In this document: one piece after another, positions 37,363 through 44,562 of the stretch
How positions within the stretch are numbered: position 1 is the first letter of the stretch
Layout of the letters: every line of letters begins with the position of its first letter
Virus record (IMG/VR): IMGVR_UViG_2974620381_000001
Span: 48,928 to 112,927 of that record
Direction: 5' to 3' (one strand)
DNA: 64,000 nucleotides
From: a virus
Lineage: Duplodnaviria; Heunggongvirae; Uroviricota; Caudoviricetes; Demerecviridae
The notes under the pieces: model-generated
Seen by the model: the letters and a program-made list of their open reading frames with translations, nothing else
Told to the model about the DNA's origin: nothing
Databases searched by the model: none
Program-made: the position numbers and the translations under genes

Positions 37363-37587
37363 ATGACAGAACAAGAGTTGAATGAACGTAAGCTGGTAAT
37401 GCTTCGCTTACTAAATATTTTCTCTGGTATGGACGGTGGAATTGACTTTGTTCATCTACGTTCCTTCGTAGAAGAAGCTGAAGGCGAATCTATCACTAAA
37501 ATCCTTAAACACATGGGATTACTTTTAGATGCTGCTAATGTGGCTACTGAATATAAACTAGAAGATCTACCGGAGCGTGTTAAATGA
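37363..37587 (+). CDS. hypothetical protein
   Basis: 74 aa; start at ATG 37363 (MTEQEL) after CTGGAGAAG; promoter 37305-37333. Confidence 0.45.
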   Translation: MTEQELNERKLVMLRLLNIFSGMDGGIDFVHLRSFVEEAEGESITKILKHMGLLLDAANVATEYKLEDLPERVK

Positions 37588-37775
37588 AACGTTTAGTTAG
37601 ATTTAAGTGTTGTGGTTCTGAACATGTTTTCACACATCTTCGTGAATTTAAAATGTGTGATTGTGGTAAATCAGGCTATGACTTAGGAGATGGGTTCTAC
37701 ACCCGTACTCTAGGGAACTTCAATGATCTAGAATTTGAAGATCTCGAAAAACAAGATAAATCGACCGTTGGCTGA
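37584..37775 (+). CDS. Cys-rich small protein (putative zinc-binding)
   Basis: 63 aa; CCGSEH...CDCGKSG. Confidence 0.4.
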   Translation: MKRLVRFKCCGSEHVFTHLREFKMCDCGKSGYDLGDGFYTRTLGNFNDLEFEDLEKQDKSTVG

Positions 37776-37834
37776 ATGGCTTAGGCGAAGGATTGCAAAT
37801 CCTTTTTATGTGAGTTCAAATCTCATGCGGTCGT
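37762..37834 (+). tRNA. tRNA-Cys (anticodon GCA)
   Basis: Acceptor CGACCGT/GCGGTCG, anticodon stem-loop AAGGA-TTGCAAA-TCCTT, T-loop TTCAAAT, CCA encoded. Confidence 0.75.
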
Positions 37835-37840
37835 CCAATT

Positions 37841-37987
37841 TGCTGAAAGAATTGTTAAATCAATTCAGGCACGCGTAGGAACACTGTCTCCGTAATTGAA
37901 AGATGAGGCACGGTTTGGAGAGGTATGCCGCTACACGCTACGGTGCTAACTCCGTCTAGGTGAAAATCCTAGTCAGCAATATAAATT
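37841..37987 (+). ncRNA. structured tRNA-like/ncRNA element
   Basis: TTGCTGA (37841-47) complementary to TCAGCAA (37976-82) flanking a T-arm-like hairpin CTAGG-TGAAAAT-CCTAG (37959-75) with non-canonical loop. Confidence 0.25.
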
Positions 37988-37989
37988 TA

Positions 37990-38069
37990 GGGTCGTTAGC
38001 CAAGCGGTTTGGCGGTGGACTGTTAATCCATGTCGAAAGACAACGTAGGTTCGAATCCTACACGGCCCG
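37990..38069 (+). tRNA. tRNA-Asn (anticodon GTT) with extended variable arm
   Basis: Acceptor GGGTCGT/ACGGCCC, anticodon loop CTGTTAA, 13-nt variable arm, T-loop TTCGAAT, CCA encoded. Confidence 0.65.
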
Positions 38070-38174
38070 CCAAATTCTGTGTAGAGTTAAGTAAACCGGT
38101 AGCCAACCAGCTATCATTGCTGATATCGAATTCAGCCACAGATACCATTTTCATTAATAACTGAGGAAACAAGC

Positions 38175-38360
38175 ATGTCCAAGAATGTAATTGCGCAGCT
38201 AGAAGTTCATCGTGATAGCACTATCAACAATATTGAAGTTGAGAAGAAATACATCGAAGAACTTAAACATGATATACTAGTAAGTCTTAATCGTCTTAAT
38301 GTACGAAAAGAGTTTCTTAAGGAACTTAATGCAGCTATTGAAAAACTCAAAGCTGAGTAA
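38175..38360 (+). CDS. hypothetical coiled-coil protein
   Basis: 61-aa ORF. Confidence 0.4.
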   Translation: MSKNVIAQLEVHRDSTINNIEVEKKYIEELKHDILVSLNRLNVRKEFLKELNAAIEKLKAE

Positions 38361-38369
38361 ATGAATTAT

Positions 38370-38443
38370 GCGACCGGGGCTGGCTTGGTAATGGTACTCC
38401 CCTGTCACGGGAGAGAATGTGGGTTCGAATCCCATCGGTCGCG
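38370..38443 (+). tRNA. tRNA-Asp (anticodon GTC)
   Basis: Acceptor GCGACCG/CGGTCGC, anticodon stem-loop CTCCC-CTGTCAC-GGGAG, T-loop TTCGAAT, CCA encoded. Confidence 0.75.
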
Positions 38444-38629
38444 CCAAACAATTAGGGTACAGAGTAGGTAAAGGTAGGGGAGGTCACATATGGTCTTTAG
38501 ACGGATATGCTCTGGGGCTTCCGACTAGAAAGCTGCTTTACCGCGCCCTAGCCACAATAATTAAGCAAATCCCTCTTTTTCACAGGAGAGGGTATTTGAA
38601 GAAATTCTTACGAGAGATTCTTCAAATAT

Positions 38630-38702
38630 ACATCCATAGCTCAATGGTTAGAGCTACCGCCTCTTAAGCGGAGGGTTCTAGGTTCAAGTCCTAGTGGGTG
38701 TA
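38630..38702 (+). tRNA. tRNA-Lys (anticodon CTT)
   Basis: Acceptor ACATCCA/TGGGTGT, D-stem GCTC/GAGC, anticodon loop CTCTTAA, T-loop TTCAAGT, CCA encoded. Confidence 0.65.
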
Positions 38703-38731
38703 CCAAACTAAACTAGTACGAGAAATACGCT

Positions 38732-39079
38732 ATGATTAATGCTAAAGAAGAGTTGTTACTTGCCCTAAAGAATACTAAGTCTGAAGTTAAGTGTATTAAG
38801 ATAGAATTCGGTTATTATGGGGACAAAGAAGTCTGGGTATTACCAGTAGGTTATACAGAAAAAGATATTGAAGATTTTCTAAATAATCTAGACTTTAAAT
38901 ATGATTCTGGTTTCGGTGGACAATTGCTTTATGGTAACGTATGGTTTACTGATGGAACTTGGTTAGAACGTGGTGAATATGATGGTTCTGAATGGTGGGA
39001 ATATAAGACTACACCAGCAATCCCTGAGGAATGCCGAACAATTAATGGTGAAGTAGATAATACTTTACGGTTAAACTAA
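38732..39079 (+). CDS. hypothetical protein
   Basis: 115-aa ORF. Confidence 0.45.
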   Translation: MINAKEELLLALKNTKSEVKCIKIEFGYYGDKEVWVLPVGYTEKDIEDFLNNLDFKYDSGFGGQLLYGNVWFTDGTWLERGEYDGSEWWEYKTTPAIPEECRTINGEVDNTLRLN

Positions 39080-39201
39080 TAAAATTTCAGTGCAGAACAC
39101 GGAGCTAGCAATTCGGAAGTGCTGACTCATGATAAGCTGCCTATGTACTTGCGAAGCGGTCGTGTCCAAGACTCGGACTCTTGCACTGAAAACAATCAAA
39201 C

Positions 39202-39322
39202 ATTCTAGCGTGGTTGATGGGGAAACCAGCTTGGCGAGGGCAGAAGCTCGTTCGATTCGAGTGAAAGAATGGTTCTCGTAAGTCCGCACAAGTGATAACA
39301 GGTTCGAGTCCTGTCTAGAATG
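39202..39322 (+). ncRNA. tRNA-like element with ~48-nt insertion (121 nt between matching acceptor strands)
   Basis: 5' ATTCTAG (39202-08) is exact complement of 3' CTAGAAT (39315-21) flanking T-arm ACAGG-TTCGAGT-CCTGT (39298-39314); D-arm TGGT/ACCA present; contains a second T-arm-like hairpin GCTCG-TTCGATT-CGAGT at 39246-62. Confidence 0.3.
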
Positions 39323-39471
39323 ACACTATAAAGTTTACTTATTATGTAGGTTCCGGTAGACCGGCGGGTCTATTCTGGCATTTAAGAGAGGTCTCGCAAG
39401 CCTCTTTGTCAGCCGTGGGGTTCATAGCCTCCAGGTGGCCTACACAATAAGTAAATTTATTAAAAATTCAT

Positions 39472-39500
39472 TTGCTATTCTGCTTAATTCTCTGTATAAT
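39472..39500 (+). promoter_or_regulatory. T5-type promoter
   Basis: TTGCTA-17-TATAAT. Confidence 0.6.
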
Positions 39501-39532
39501 ATATCTTATAAAGTGAAGAGAAGGAAAGCTAA

Positions 39533-39730
39533 ATGAAGAAAGTTTTATTACTATCTGTATTCCTACTTACTGGTTGTTTTAAATTTGACTCAACCATTAA
39601 TAAAGAGTATGAATTTGCTAAAAATTTCTGTGGCGGGGAGAGTAATATAAAGAATTTCTACATATATAGTACAATTCCTAGTACCGTTTATTGTGTAGAC
39701 GGACGAATTATTAATATTCCTCCACAATAA
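39533..39730 (+). CDS. small lipoprotein
   Basis: 65 aa; signal peptide with lipobox LLTGC; promoter 39472-39500. Confidence 0.45.
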   Translation: MKKVLLLSVFLLTGCFKFDSTINKEYEFAKNFCGGESNIKNFYIYSTIPSTVYCVDGRIINIPPQ

Positions 39731-39739
39731 AAGAATTAA

Positions 39740-39812
39740 CAGTGCGTAGCGCAGTTGGTAGCGTGGGAGCTTTGGATGCTTCGGGTCGCAGGTTCGAGTC
39801 CTGCCGCACTGA
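39740..39812 (+). tRNA. tRNA-Pro (anticodon TGG)
   Basis: Acceptor CAGTGCG/CGCACTG, anticodon loop TTTGGAT, T-loop TTCGAGT, CCA encoded. Confidence 0.75.
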
Positions 39813-39821
39813 CCAAACAAT

Positions 39822-39896
39822 TGCGGGTTAGATCTCTGGTAGAGATCACTAGTCTCATAAGCTAGAAAGAGGTAGGTTCGATTCCTGCACCCGCTT
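39822..39896 (+). tRNA. tRNA with anticodon CAT (Met or Ile2)
   Basis: D-arm GATC-TCTGGTAGA-GATC, anticodon stem-loop CTAGT-CTCATAA-GCTAG, T-loop TTCGATT, CCA encoded; terminal acceptor pair mismatched. Confidence 0.6.
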
Positions 39897-39919
39897 CCAT
39901 TTTAATAGAGGATTTCGAA

Positions 39920-40087
39920 ATGAAAGTATTTCGATTAGTAGTAAGTGACAAACGTTTAGGTAAGAATACATCAAAATCCTTACTTGCTCATTACGGTAAA
40001 AATTGGGATGAAGTAATGGTAGAGTTTAGTACTAATCACCCCTACTTAAAAGTCCACTCTATTAAAGAAGTATACAATGGTTACTAA
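39920..40087 (+). CDS. hypothetical small protein
   Basis: 55-aa ORF with GAGGA SD. Confidence 0.35.
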   Translation: MKVFRLVVSDKRLGKNTSKSLLAHYGKNWDEVMVEFSTNHPYLKVHSIKEVYNGY

Positions 40088-40088
40088 T

Positions 40089-40164
40089 AGATCGCTAGCT
40101 CAATAGGTTTAGTAGCATCCGACTTTTAATCGGAAGGTTCTGGGTTCGAGTCCCAGGCGATCTA
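40089..40164 (+). tRNA. tRNA-Lys (anticodon TTT)
   Basis: Acceptor AGATCGC/GCGATCT, anticodon stem-loop TCCGA-CTTTTAA-TCGGA, T-loop TTCGAGT, CCA encoded. Confidence 0.7.
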
Positions 40165-40185
40165 CCAATTTCAAGAAAAATGCAG

Positions 40186-40215
40186 TTGCTTAATGCTTAA
40201 TTTCTTGTTATAATA
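40186..40215 (+). promoter_or_regulatory. T5-type promoter upstream of HNH-endonuclease leader
   Basis: TTGCTT-18-TATAAT. Confidence 0.55.
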
Positions 40216-40459
40216 TTTATATAAATTGATGAGAAGAGATCCTCATCATAGTTCACTAAGGTATTAGCTCGACCTAGGACTGGCTGCCAAAAAGCACGAT
40301 CCCTACGATTCGGGAGAAGTTCTAGATTAGTCCACTAGATTCAGCGGCAACTGAATAGTGTATCGGGTTTGCGAGATGACGCGGTTCCTTCCGCTTGAAG
40401 CGAAGGTGCTGTAGTTACGCCGAGCTAATAGCCTTAGTAAACTTACAGGGGTTAACGCA

Positions 40460-40846
40460 GTGTGTACAAAAACATGTAGAGCCTGTGGGAATGAATATCC
40501 GTTAACAACCGAATATTTTTATTCGAATGGATTTACTCCTAATGGCACAAAGAAGTGGAAGCCAACATGTAAAGCATGTGAAAAAGCTGAACGAGTAGCT
40601 GGACATGAAGAATTAATTAAAGAAGTATTTCCTGTATTAGAATGTAGTATTTGTGGATATAATAGGTGTAAACAAGCCCTAGATTTCCACCATACTAATC
40701 CAGAAGAAAAGGAATACTCCATTGCAAGGTTTAGAACTTCTCGTAGAAACAGAGAAGTAGTAATAGCAGAACTTAAAAAGTGCGTACTATTATGCTCTAA
40801 CTGCCATAGAGAAGTACATGCTGGATTAATAAATTTGGGCGAATAG
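40460..40846 (+). CDS. HNH endonuclease
   Basis: 128 aa, GTG start; Cys-rich N-terminus and HNH motif DFHHTNPEEK...NCHREVH. Confidence 0.65.
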   Translation: MCTKTCRACGNEYPLTTEYFYSNGFTPNGTKKWKPTCKACEKAERVAGHEELIKEVFPVLECSICGYNRCKQALDFHHTNPEEKEYSIARFRTSRRNREVVIAELKKCVLLCSNCHREVHAGLINLGE

Positions 40847-40908
40847 TGTCAGCGGGAGCACACCAGACTTGCAATCTGGTAGGGAGGGTTCGAGTCCCTC
40901 TTTGTCCA
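40837..40908 (+). tRNA. tRNA-Ala (anticodon TGC)
   Basis: Acceptor GGGCGAA/TTTGTCC (G-U pairs), anticodon stem-loop CCAGA-CTTGCAA-TCTGG, T-loop TTCGAGT, CCA encoded. Confidence 0.7.
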
Positions 40909-40916
40909 CCAAACAT

Positions 40917-40990
40917 GCGTGATTGATGGAATTGGCATACATACCGTCCTTAGAAGTCGGGTTTTGAGGGTTCGAATCCCTTGTCACGCA
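40917..40990 (+). tRNA. tRNA with anticodon TAG (Leu-type anticodon) but short variable arm
   Basis: Acceptor GCGTGAT/GTCACGC, anticodon loop CTTAGAA (stem 4/5), T-loop TTCGAAT, CCA encoded. Confidence 0.5.
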
Positions 40991-40995
40991 CCAAA

Positions 40996-41069
40996 TTTGA
41001 TGGTCAGAGTAAATTAAACCTACTATCTCGGTTGAGCTGTTTTAATGGGTTCGAATCCCAGCGAGGCGT
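40996..41069 (+). tRNA. tRNA-like element, not foldable (possible pseudogene)
   Basis: Canonical T-arm TGGG-TTCGAAT-CCCA at 41046-41060 but no matching acceptor strand or anticodon arm; no CCA. Confidence 0.3.
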
Positions 41070-41105
41070 AACTGCCTGGCGTGATAGAGGCATCATCTTA
41101 TTATT

Positions 41106-41193
41106 GGAAGAGCAAATCGAATTGGCGACGAAAACCGCTTGGAAAGTGGCTGACTGGTAAAACGGCTTGAGAGTTCAAATCTCTCCTCTTCCG
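41106..41193 (+). tRNA. tRNA-Ser (anticodon GGA)
   Basis: Acceptor GGAAGAG/CTCTTCC, 3-bp D-stem, anticodon loop TTGGAAA, long variable arm, T-loop TTCAAAT, CCA encoded. Confidence 0.6.
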
Positions 41194-41203
41194 CCAAACA
41201 AAT

Positions 41204-41290
41204 GGAAGGTAGGGCGTAGTGGTACGCAACTAGTCTTGAAAACTAGCCCGCTGTAGTGATACGGTGATGGTTCGACTCCATTACCTTCCT
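41204..41290 (+). tRNA. tRNA-Ser (anticodon TGA)
   Basis: Acceptor GGAAGGT/ACCTTCC, D-stem GCG/CGC, anticodon stem-loop CTAGT-CTTGAAA-ACTAG, 19-nt variable arm, T-loop TTCGACT, CCA encoded. Confidence 0.7.
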
Positions 41291-41312
41291 CCAATTAACT
41301 ATAAGGAATCAT

Positions 41313-41486
41313 TATGAGCAAAACAGTTACTGTAACAATGAAGGACGGTAAAAAATTTAAAGCATGCCTTCATGAAACAGATAAGGGATGGATGGCTTAT
41401 TTGCCACACCTAGATTCCACTGGGTATGGAATGACCCAACGTGAAGCTATTGTTGATGCTTTAAATGAGGCTTCTGCTGGTTTATA
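41313..41486 (+). CDS. hypothetical small protein
   Basis: 57-aa ORF, AAGGAA SD. Confidence 0.35.
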
Positions 41487-41855
41487 AAAATTCTTGAAGT
41501 ATGCCGGAATCGGTAGACGGGGCTGCCTAAAAGGTTTATAGGGAACATCCACTCCCTGCAATATACCTCATAAAGCGGCTGAGATAAATGGTCTATCTCG
41601 TGAAGGTTCAAGTCCTTCTGCTTCTTGATATATCTATGGCTCAAAGTGTAACGGTGCTATTTGATGCTCTTAGTAAGACTTTCCCGACATGCGTTCGGGA
41701 GTAAGCTGCTAAGACTAGAGTAGAAGAGTTTCTGAGAGCCGCCACAATTGAAAATTCGTACTCGTCTTGAGCTGCGTGCAACAGGAGATAACTTGATTAG
41801 TATTCTAGAACATGCTAATTGAGGATGGTTTCGCTAACCCTGCGAGTTTTCAATT

Positions 41856-41929
41856 GTGGCTATATCATAATTGGTTAATGATCCTGATTGTGAATCAGGC
41901 CTATGTGGATTCGAATTCCACTAGCCACC
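41856..41929 (+). tRNA. tRNA-His (anticodon GTG)
   Basis: Acceptor GTGGCTA/TAGCCAC, D-stem TCAT/ATGA, anticodon stem-loop CCTGA-TTGTGAA-TCAGG, T-loop TTCGAAT, CCA encoded. Confidence 0.75.
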
Positions 41930-41957
41930 CCAGATTAACTTAAATAGGAAATAAAAT

Positions 41958-42155
41958 ATGGCTGAGTTCTGCAAACAATGCTCCATTGATATGTGGGGCA
42001 GAGATACTGGTGACTTATCTGGTTTGATTACAGAAGCTGAGGTCAAAGAAGGTTATGGTGCAGTTGTGGTTTGCGAAGGATGCGGAGTTATTCGAGTAGA
42101 TCATGAAGGCAAACGTTTAGAAGAACCGGAAAACTTAGGAGAAACAAATGAGTAA
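41958..42155 (+). CDS. hypothetical Cys-containing protein
   Basis: 65 aa; CKQC...CEGCG. Confidence 0.4.
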   Translation: MAEFCKQCSIDMWGRDTGDLSGLITEAEVKEGYGAVVVCEGCGVIRVDHEGKRLEEPENLGETNE

Positions 42156-42384
42156 TGCTTTAATTAGTGAAATTATGTTAACACGTCTTGCAGAACTGCA
42201 AACTCTTCGAGATGAATCTCAGAATAACTTATCCTACCATAAACAGATGGTAGATACTCTTACTACTCGTATTGAAACTTACGAGCGTGATATTGCAGCA
42301 TTACAAGCTCTTTTCTCTGTATCAGCACCAGATACACTAGAACAGCCTGTCGTATCTCAGCCGGTAGAAACAGCATCTAGTTAA
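42148..42384 (+). CDS. hypothetical coiled-coil protein
   Basis: 78-aa ORF overlapping previous stop. Confidence 0.4.
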   Translation: MSNALISEIMLTRLAELQTLRDESQNNLSYHKQMVDTLTTRIETYERDIAALQALFSVSAPDTLEQPVVSQPVETASS

Positions 42385-42393
42385 TAGCATTCT

Positions 42394-42466
42394 TGGGGTG
42401 TAGATCAATTGGCAGATCGTCGGCCTCTGACTCCGAAGGTTCCTGGTTCGATCCCAGGCACTCCAG
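42394..42466 (+). tRNA. tRNA-Gln (anticodon CTG)
   Basis: Acceptor TGGGGTG/CACTCCA, D-stem GATC/GATC, anticodon loop CTCTGAC, T-loop TTCGATC, CCA encoded. Confidence 0.6.
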
Positions 42467-42475
42467 CCAAACAAT

Positions 42476-42548
42476 TGGAGAGTAGTGTAACGGTTAGCAC
42501 AACGGCCTTTGACTCCGTTAATGGTAGGTTCGATTCCTCCTTCTCCAG
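42476..42548 (+). tRNA. tRNA-Gln (anticodon TTG)
   Basis: Acceptor TGGAGAG/TTCTCCA, D-stem GTGT/GCAC, anticodon loop CTTTGAC, T-loop TTCGATT, CCA encoded. Confidence 0.6.
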
Positions 42549-42558
42549 CCAAATAATA

Positions 42559-42632
42559 AGCGGTTAAGCACACGGGTTGTGTCGCAGGCCTTCCAAGCCT
42601 CGCTGAGTAGGGTTCGATTCCCTCTAGCCGCT
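42559..42632 (+). tRNA. tRNA-Gly (anticodon TCC)
   Basis: Acceptor GCGGTTA/TAGCCGC, anticodon loop CTTCCAA, T-loop TTCGATT, CCA encoded. Confidence 0.6.
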
Positions 42633-42651
42633 CCAACTTTAAGGAAACATT

Positions 42652-42903
42652 ATGCACGTTTTTGAGTTTCGTAATAAAAGTACCGATAAACGAGTTATTG
42701 TTATTGGAGAAACATACCGAGCATACGAACAAACTGACGGCTCTGTTATCCTGAATGATGAGAAAGGAGGTTTTAGCTTTTATCCAGAAGAACCTTATGA
42801 AGAGTTTCGAAAACAATTTAACCTAGACTGGAGAAAGCATTTAAACACTGTTGCTTCATCTGTAGTATTGCCAACTACCAGTACTGTACTCTCTAATGGC
42901 TGA
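42652..42903 (+). CDS. hypothetical protein
   Basis: 83-aa ORF. Confidence 0.4.
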   Translation: MHVFEFRNKSTDKRVIVIGETYRAYEQTDGSVILNDEKGGFSFYPEEPYEEFRKQFNLDWRKHLNTVASSVVLPTTSTVLSNG

Positions 42904-43060
42904 CAACCTAAAAGTCAAGATTGATAAACAAAAGAAACGTGTAGAAGTAGAGATTGGTGAAGAACGTGTAGCCTTCACCTTTGAATTTCTTCAGCAGTTG
43001 GCAATGGCAGTTATGACTGATAAGTCTCCTGTTATTGAAAAAGAAATCCCGTTAAAATAA
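42896..43060 (+). CDS. hypothetical small protein
   Basis: 54-aa ORF; ATG overlaps previous stop (ATGGCTGA). Confidence 0.35.
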   Translation: MADNLKVKIDKQKKRVEVEIGEERVAFTFEFLQQLAMAVMTDKSPVIEKEIPLK

Positions 43061-43070
43061 CGGGATCATC

Positions 43071-43141
43071 GCTCCTAAAGCATTGCTGGCGATGCAGTTG
43101 CCTTGTAAGCATCTGAACCGGGTTCGATTCCTGGTGGGAGC
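43071..43141 (+). tRNA. tRNA-Thr (anticodon TGT)
   Basis: Acceptor GCTCCTA/TGGGAGC, D-stem GCAT/ATGC, anticodon loop CTTGTAA, T-loop TTCGATT, CCA encoded. Confidence 0.7.
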
Positions 43142-43160
43142 ACCAAATTTAAAAATTCAT

Positions 43161-43189
43161 TTGCCTTCTCTCTTATTTCTTGTTATAAT
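43161..43189 (+). promoter_or_regulatory. T5-type promoter
   Basis: TTGCCT-17-TATAAT. Confidence 0.55.
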
Positions 43190-43219
43190 ATCTAATTAAA
43201 TTAATGAGAGGGAAACCAA

Positions 43220-43510
43220 ATGAAACGTTATCTTTCTATTGTATTCCAAACTGGTGGCCAAAGATATACCTATGAATTTCCATCTTCTTGGAAAATCAAA
43301 GAAGGTGATCAAGTAGTTGTGCTAACTCCGCGTGAGGGATATAAAGTAGTAACGGTTAAACAAGTATTTCCAAAAGATCATGAGCCTGCTAGAGGCATCC
43401 GATATAAGATGATTCATGGTGTGGTTCGTCAAGTACCACGAACTGAGGTAGAAGTAGGTAAGAATGGAGAAACTAAATTCCATTATACTTCTTACCTAGA
43501 TAGTGTGTGA
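43220..43510 (+). CDS. hypothetical protein
   Basis: 96 aa; promoter 43161-43189. Confidence 0.45.
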   Translation: MKRYLSIVFQTGGQRYTYEFPSSWKIKEGDQVVVLTPREGYKVVTVKQVFPKDHEPARGIRYKMIHGVVRQVPRTEVEVGKNGETKFHYTSYLDSV

Positions 43511-43525
43511 TGTAAATATTTTAAT

Positions 43526-43599
43526 GCTTCGGTAGCTTAGCGATCTAAAGCACTCGGCTGATAACCGAGAGATCGGGGGTTTAAATCCCTCCCGGAGTA
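43526..43599 (+). tRNA. tRNA-Ile (anticodon GAT)
   Basis: Acceptor GCTTCGG/CCGGAGT, D-stem GCTT/AAGC, anticodon stem-loop CTCGG-CTGATAA-CCGAG, T-loop TTTAAAT, CCA encoded. Confidence 0.7.
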
Positions 43600-43698
43600 C
43601 CAAATTTAGGAATTAAGACTATGCGTCCAGGAAAGTTTAAAAAAGCTAATTGGTCTAAAGAGTATAAAGAATACTTACTTAGTCTAGTAAAATATAGC

Positions 43699-43770
43699 AG
43701 TTAGTTGGCAGAGTGGTTATGCACCTCCTTCATACGGAGCGACTACAGTGGTTCAAATCCACTACTAACT
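43699..43770 (+). tRNA. tRNA with anticodon CAT (Met or Ile2), third CAT copy
   Basis: Acceptor AGTTAGT/ACTAACT, anticodon loop TTCATAC, T-loop TTCAAAT, CCA encoded. Confidence 0.6.
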
Positions 43771-43797
43771 ACCAAATTCTAACATCGGGGAGATCTA

Positions 43798-44166
43798 ATG
43801 AAAGCATATCAAAATCTTAAATCTGGAGTAATTAACCTTGTTCATGAAAATCAGATTATTCAGCTATACTCCGACAACGGTGAACTTAAACAGAAAGTTC
43901 TAGTTGAAGATCTAGAAGGTATTACACCACAATTCGATCCCGAAGCCTTCCGTGAAGTTAAGGTGGAAGTCGCCCCTCAAATCGAAGGTGGTCAGCACCT
44001 AAATGTCAATGTATTAAGCCGTGATCAGCTTTTGGATGCGCAGAAACATCCTGAAAAATATCCTCAGTTGACCATCCGTGTCTCTGGCTACGCTGTTCGA
44101 TTTAATGCACTGACTCGTGAACAACAGAACGACGTTATTAGTCGTACATTTACTCAGGCGATGTAA
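43798..44166 (+). CDS. autonomous glycyl-radical cofactor (GrcA/YfiD-like spare part)
   Basis: 122 aa; C-terminal [11 protein letters not shown]...[29 protein letters not shown] matches YfiD/GrcA and PFL C-terminal glycyl-radical domain. Confidence 0.7.
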   Translation: MKAYQNLKSGVINLVHENQIIQLYSDNGELKQKVLVEDLEGITPQFDPEAFREVKVEVAPQIEGGQHLNVNVLSRDQLLDAQKHPEKYPQLTIRVSGYAVRFNALTREQQNDVISRTFTQAM

Positions 44167-44247
44167 TGGGGTTTGGATACGATTTCTCCCAGCTACGCAA
44201 GGTAGTCGAGCAAACTCCGTTTATCTCCCAAGTTTTAGGAGAAATGT

Positions 44248-44562
44248 GTGGATCGAGCATTAAGACGCCATCACCGGCAACGTGTGAAGAACAACCGCAA
44301 GAAGTATTGGACAGTCTTTCCACATGAAGAAAGCCCTAAGCGGTTAGGTATTATCACTACTACTCCTTGCATCTGTTCTTGCTGGATGTGTGGGAACCCT
44401 CGCAAATATTATAAGAATAGTAAAGCAGGTATGAAAACCTCGGAGATCAGAAAAATGGAAGCAATGATTATGGGCATCTCAAATGATGAATTTGATGGCT
44501 TTGTAGGATTCGGAGAAGGAATCAGCTCAGGCTGTTTCGAAGATGAACGCCCCGATCTGTAA
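44248..44562 (+). CDS. hypothetical Cys-rich protein
   Basis: 104 aa; CICSCWMCGNP. Confidence 0.4.
   Translation: MDRALRRHHRQRVKNNRKKYWTVFPHEESPKRLGIITTTPCICSCWMCGNPRKYYKNSKAGMKTSEIRKMEAMIMGISNDEFDGFVGFGEGISSGCFEDERPDL

Noticed and set aside
38419-38667. 82-aa ORF
   Set aside because: Spans tRNA-Asp 3' end, structured hairpins and tRNA-Lys. Not coding.
39246-39262. T-arm-like hairpin GCTCG-TTCGATT-CGAGT as an independent tRNA
   Set aside because: No complementary acceptor strand or anticodon arm could be found around it. Treated as part of the larger structured element.
39071-39289. 72-aa minus-strand ORF
   Set aside because: Lies in the structured tRNA-like region. No RBS.
39590-39820. 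76-aa minus-strand ORF
   Set aside because: Overlaps tRNA-Pro and the lipoprotein gene on the opposite strand.
42337-42816. 159-aa minus-strand ORF
   Set aside because: Covers three tRNA genes (Gln, Gln, Gly) on the opposite strand.
43621-43701. 27-codon ORF MRPGKFKKANWSKEYKEYLLSLVKYSS between tRNA-Ile and tRNA-CAT
   Set aside because: Very short and overlaps the 5' end of the next tRNA. Possibly a leader peptide, but unsupported.
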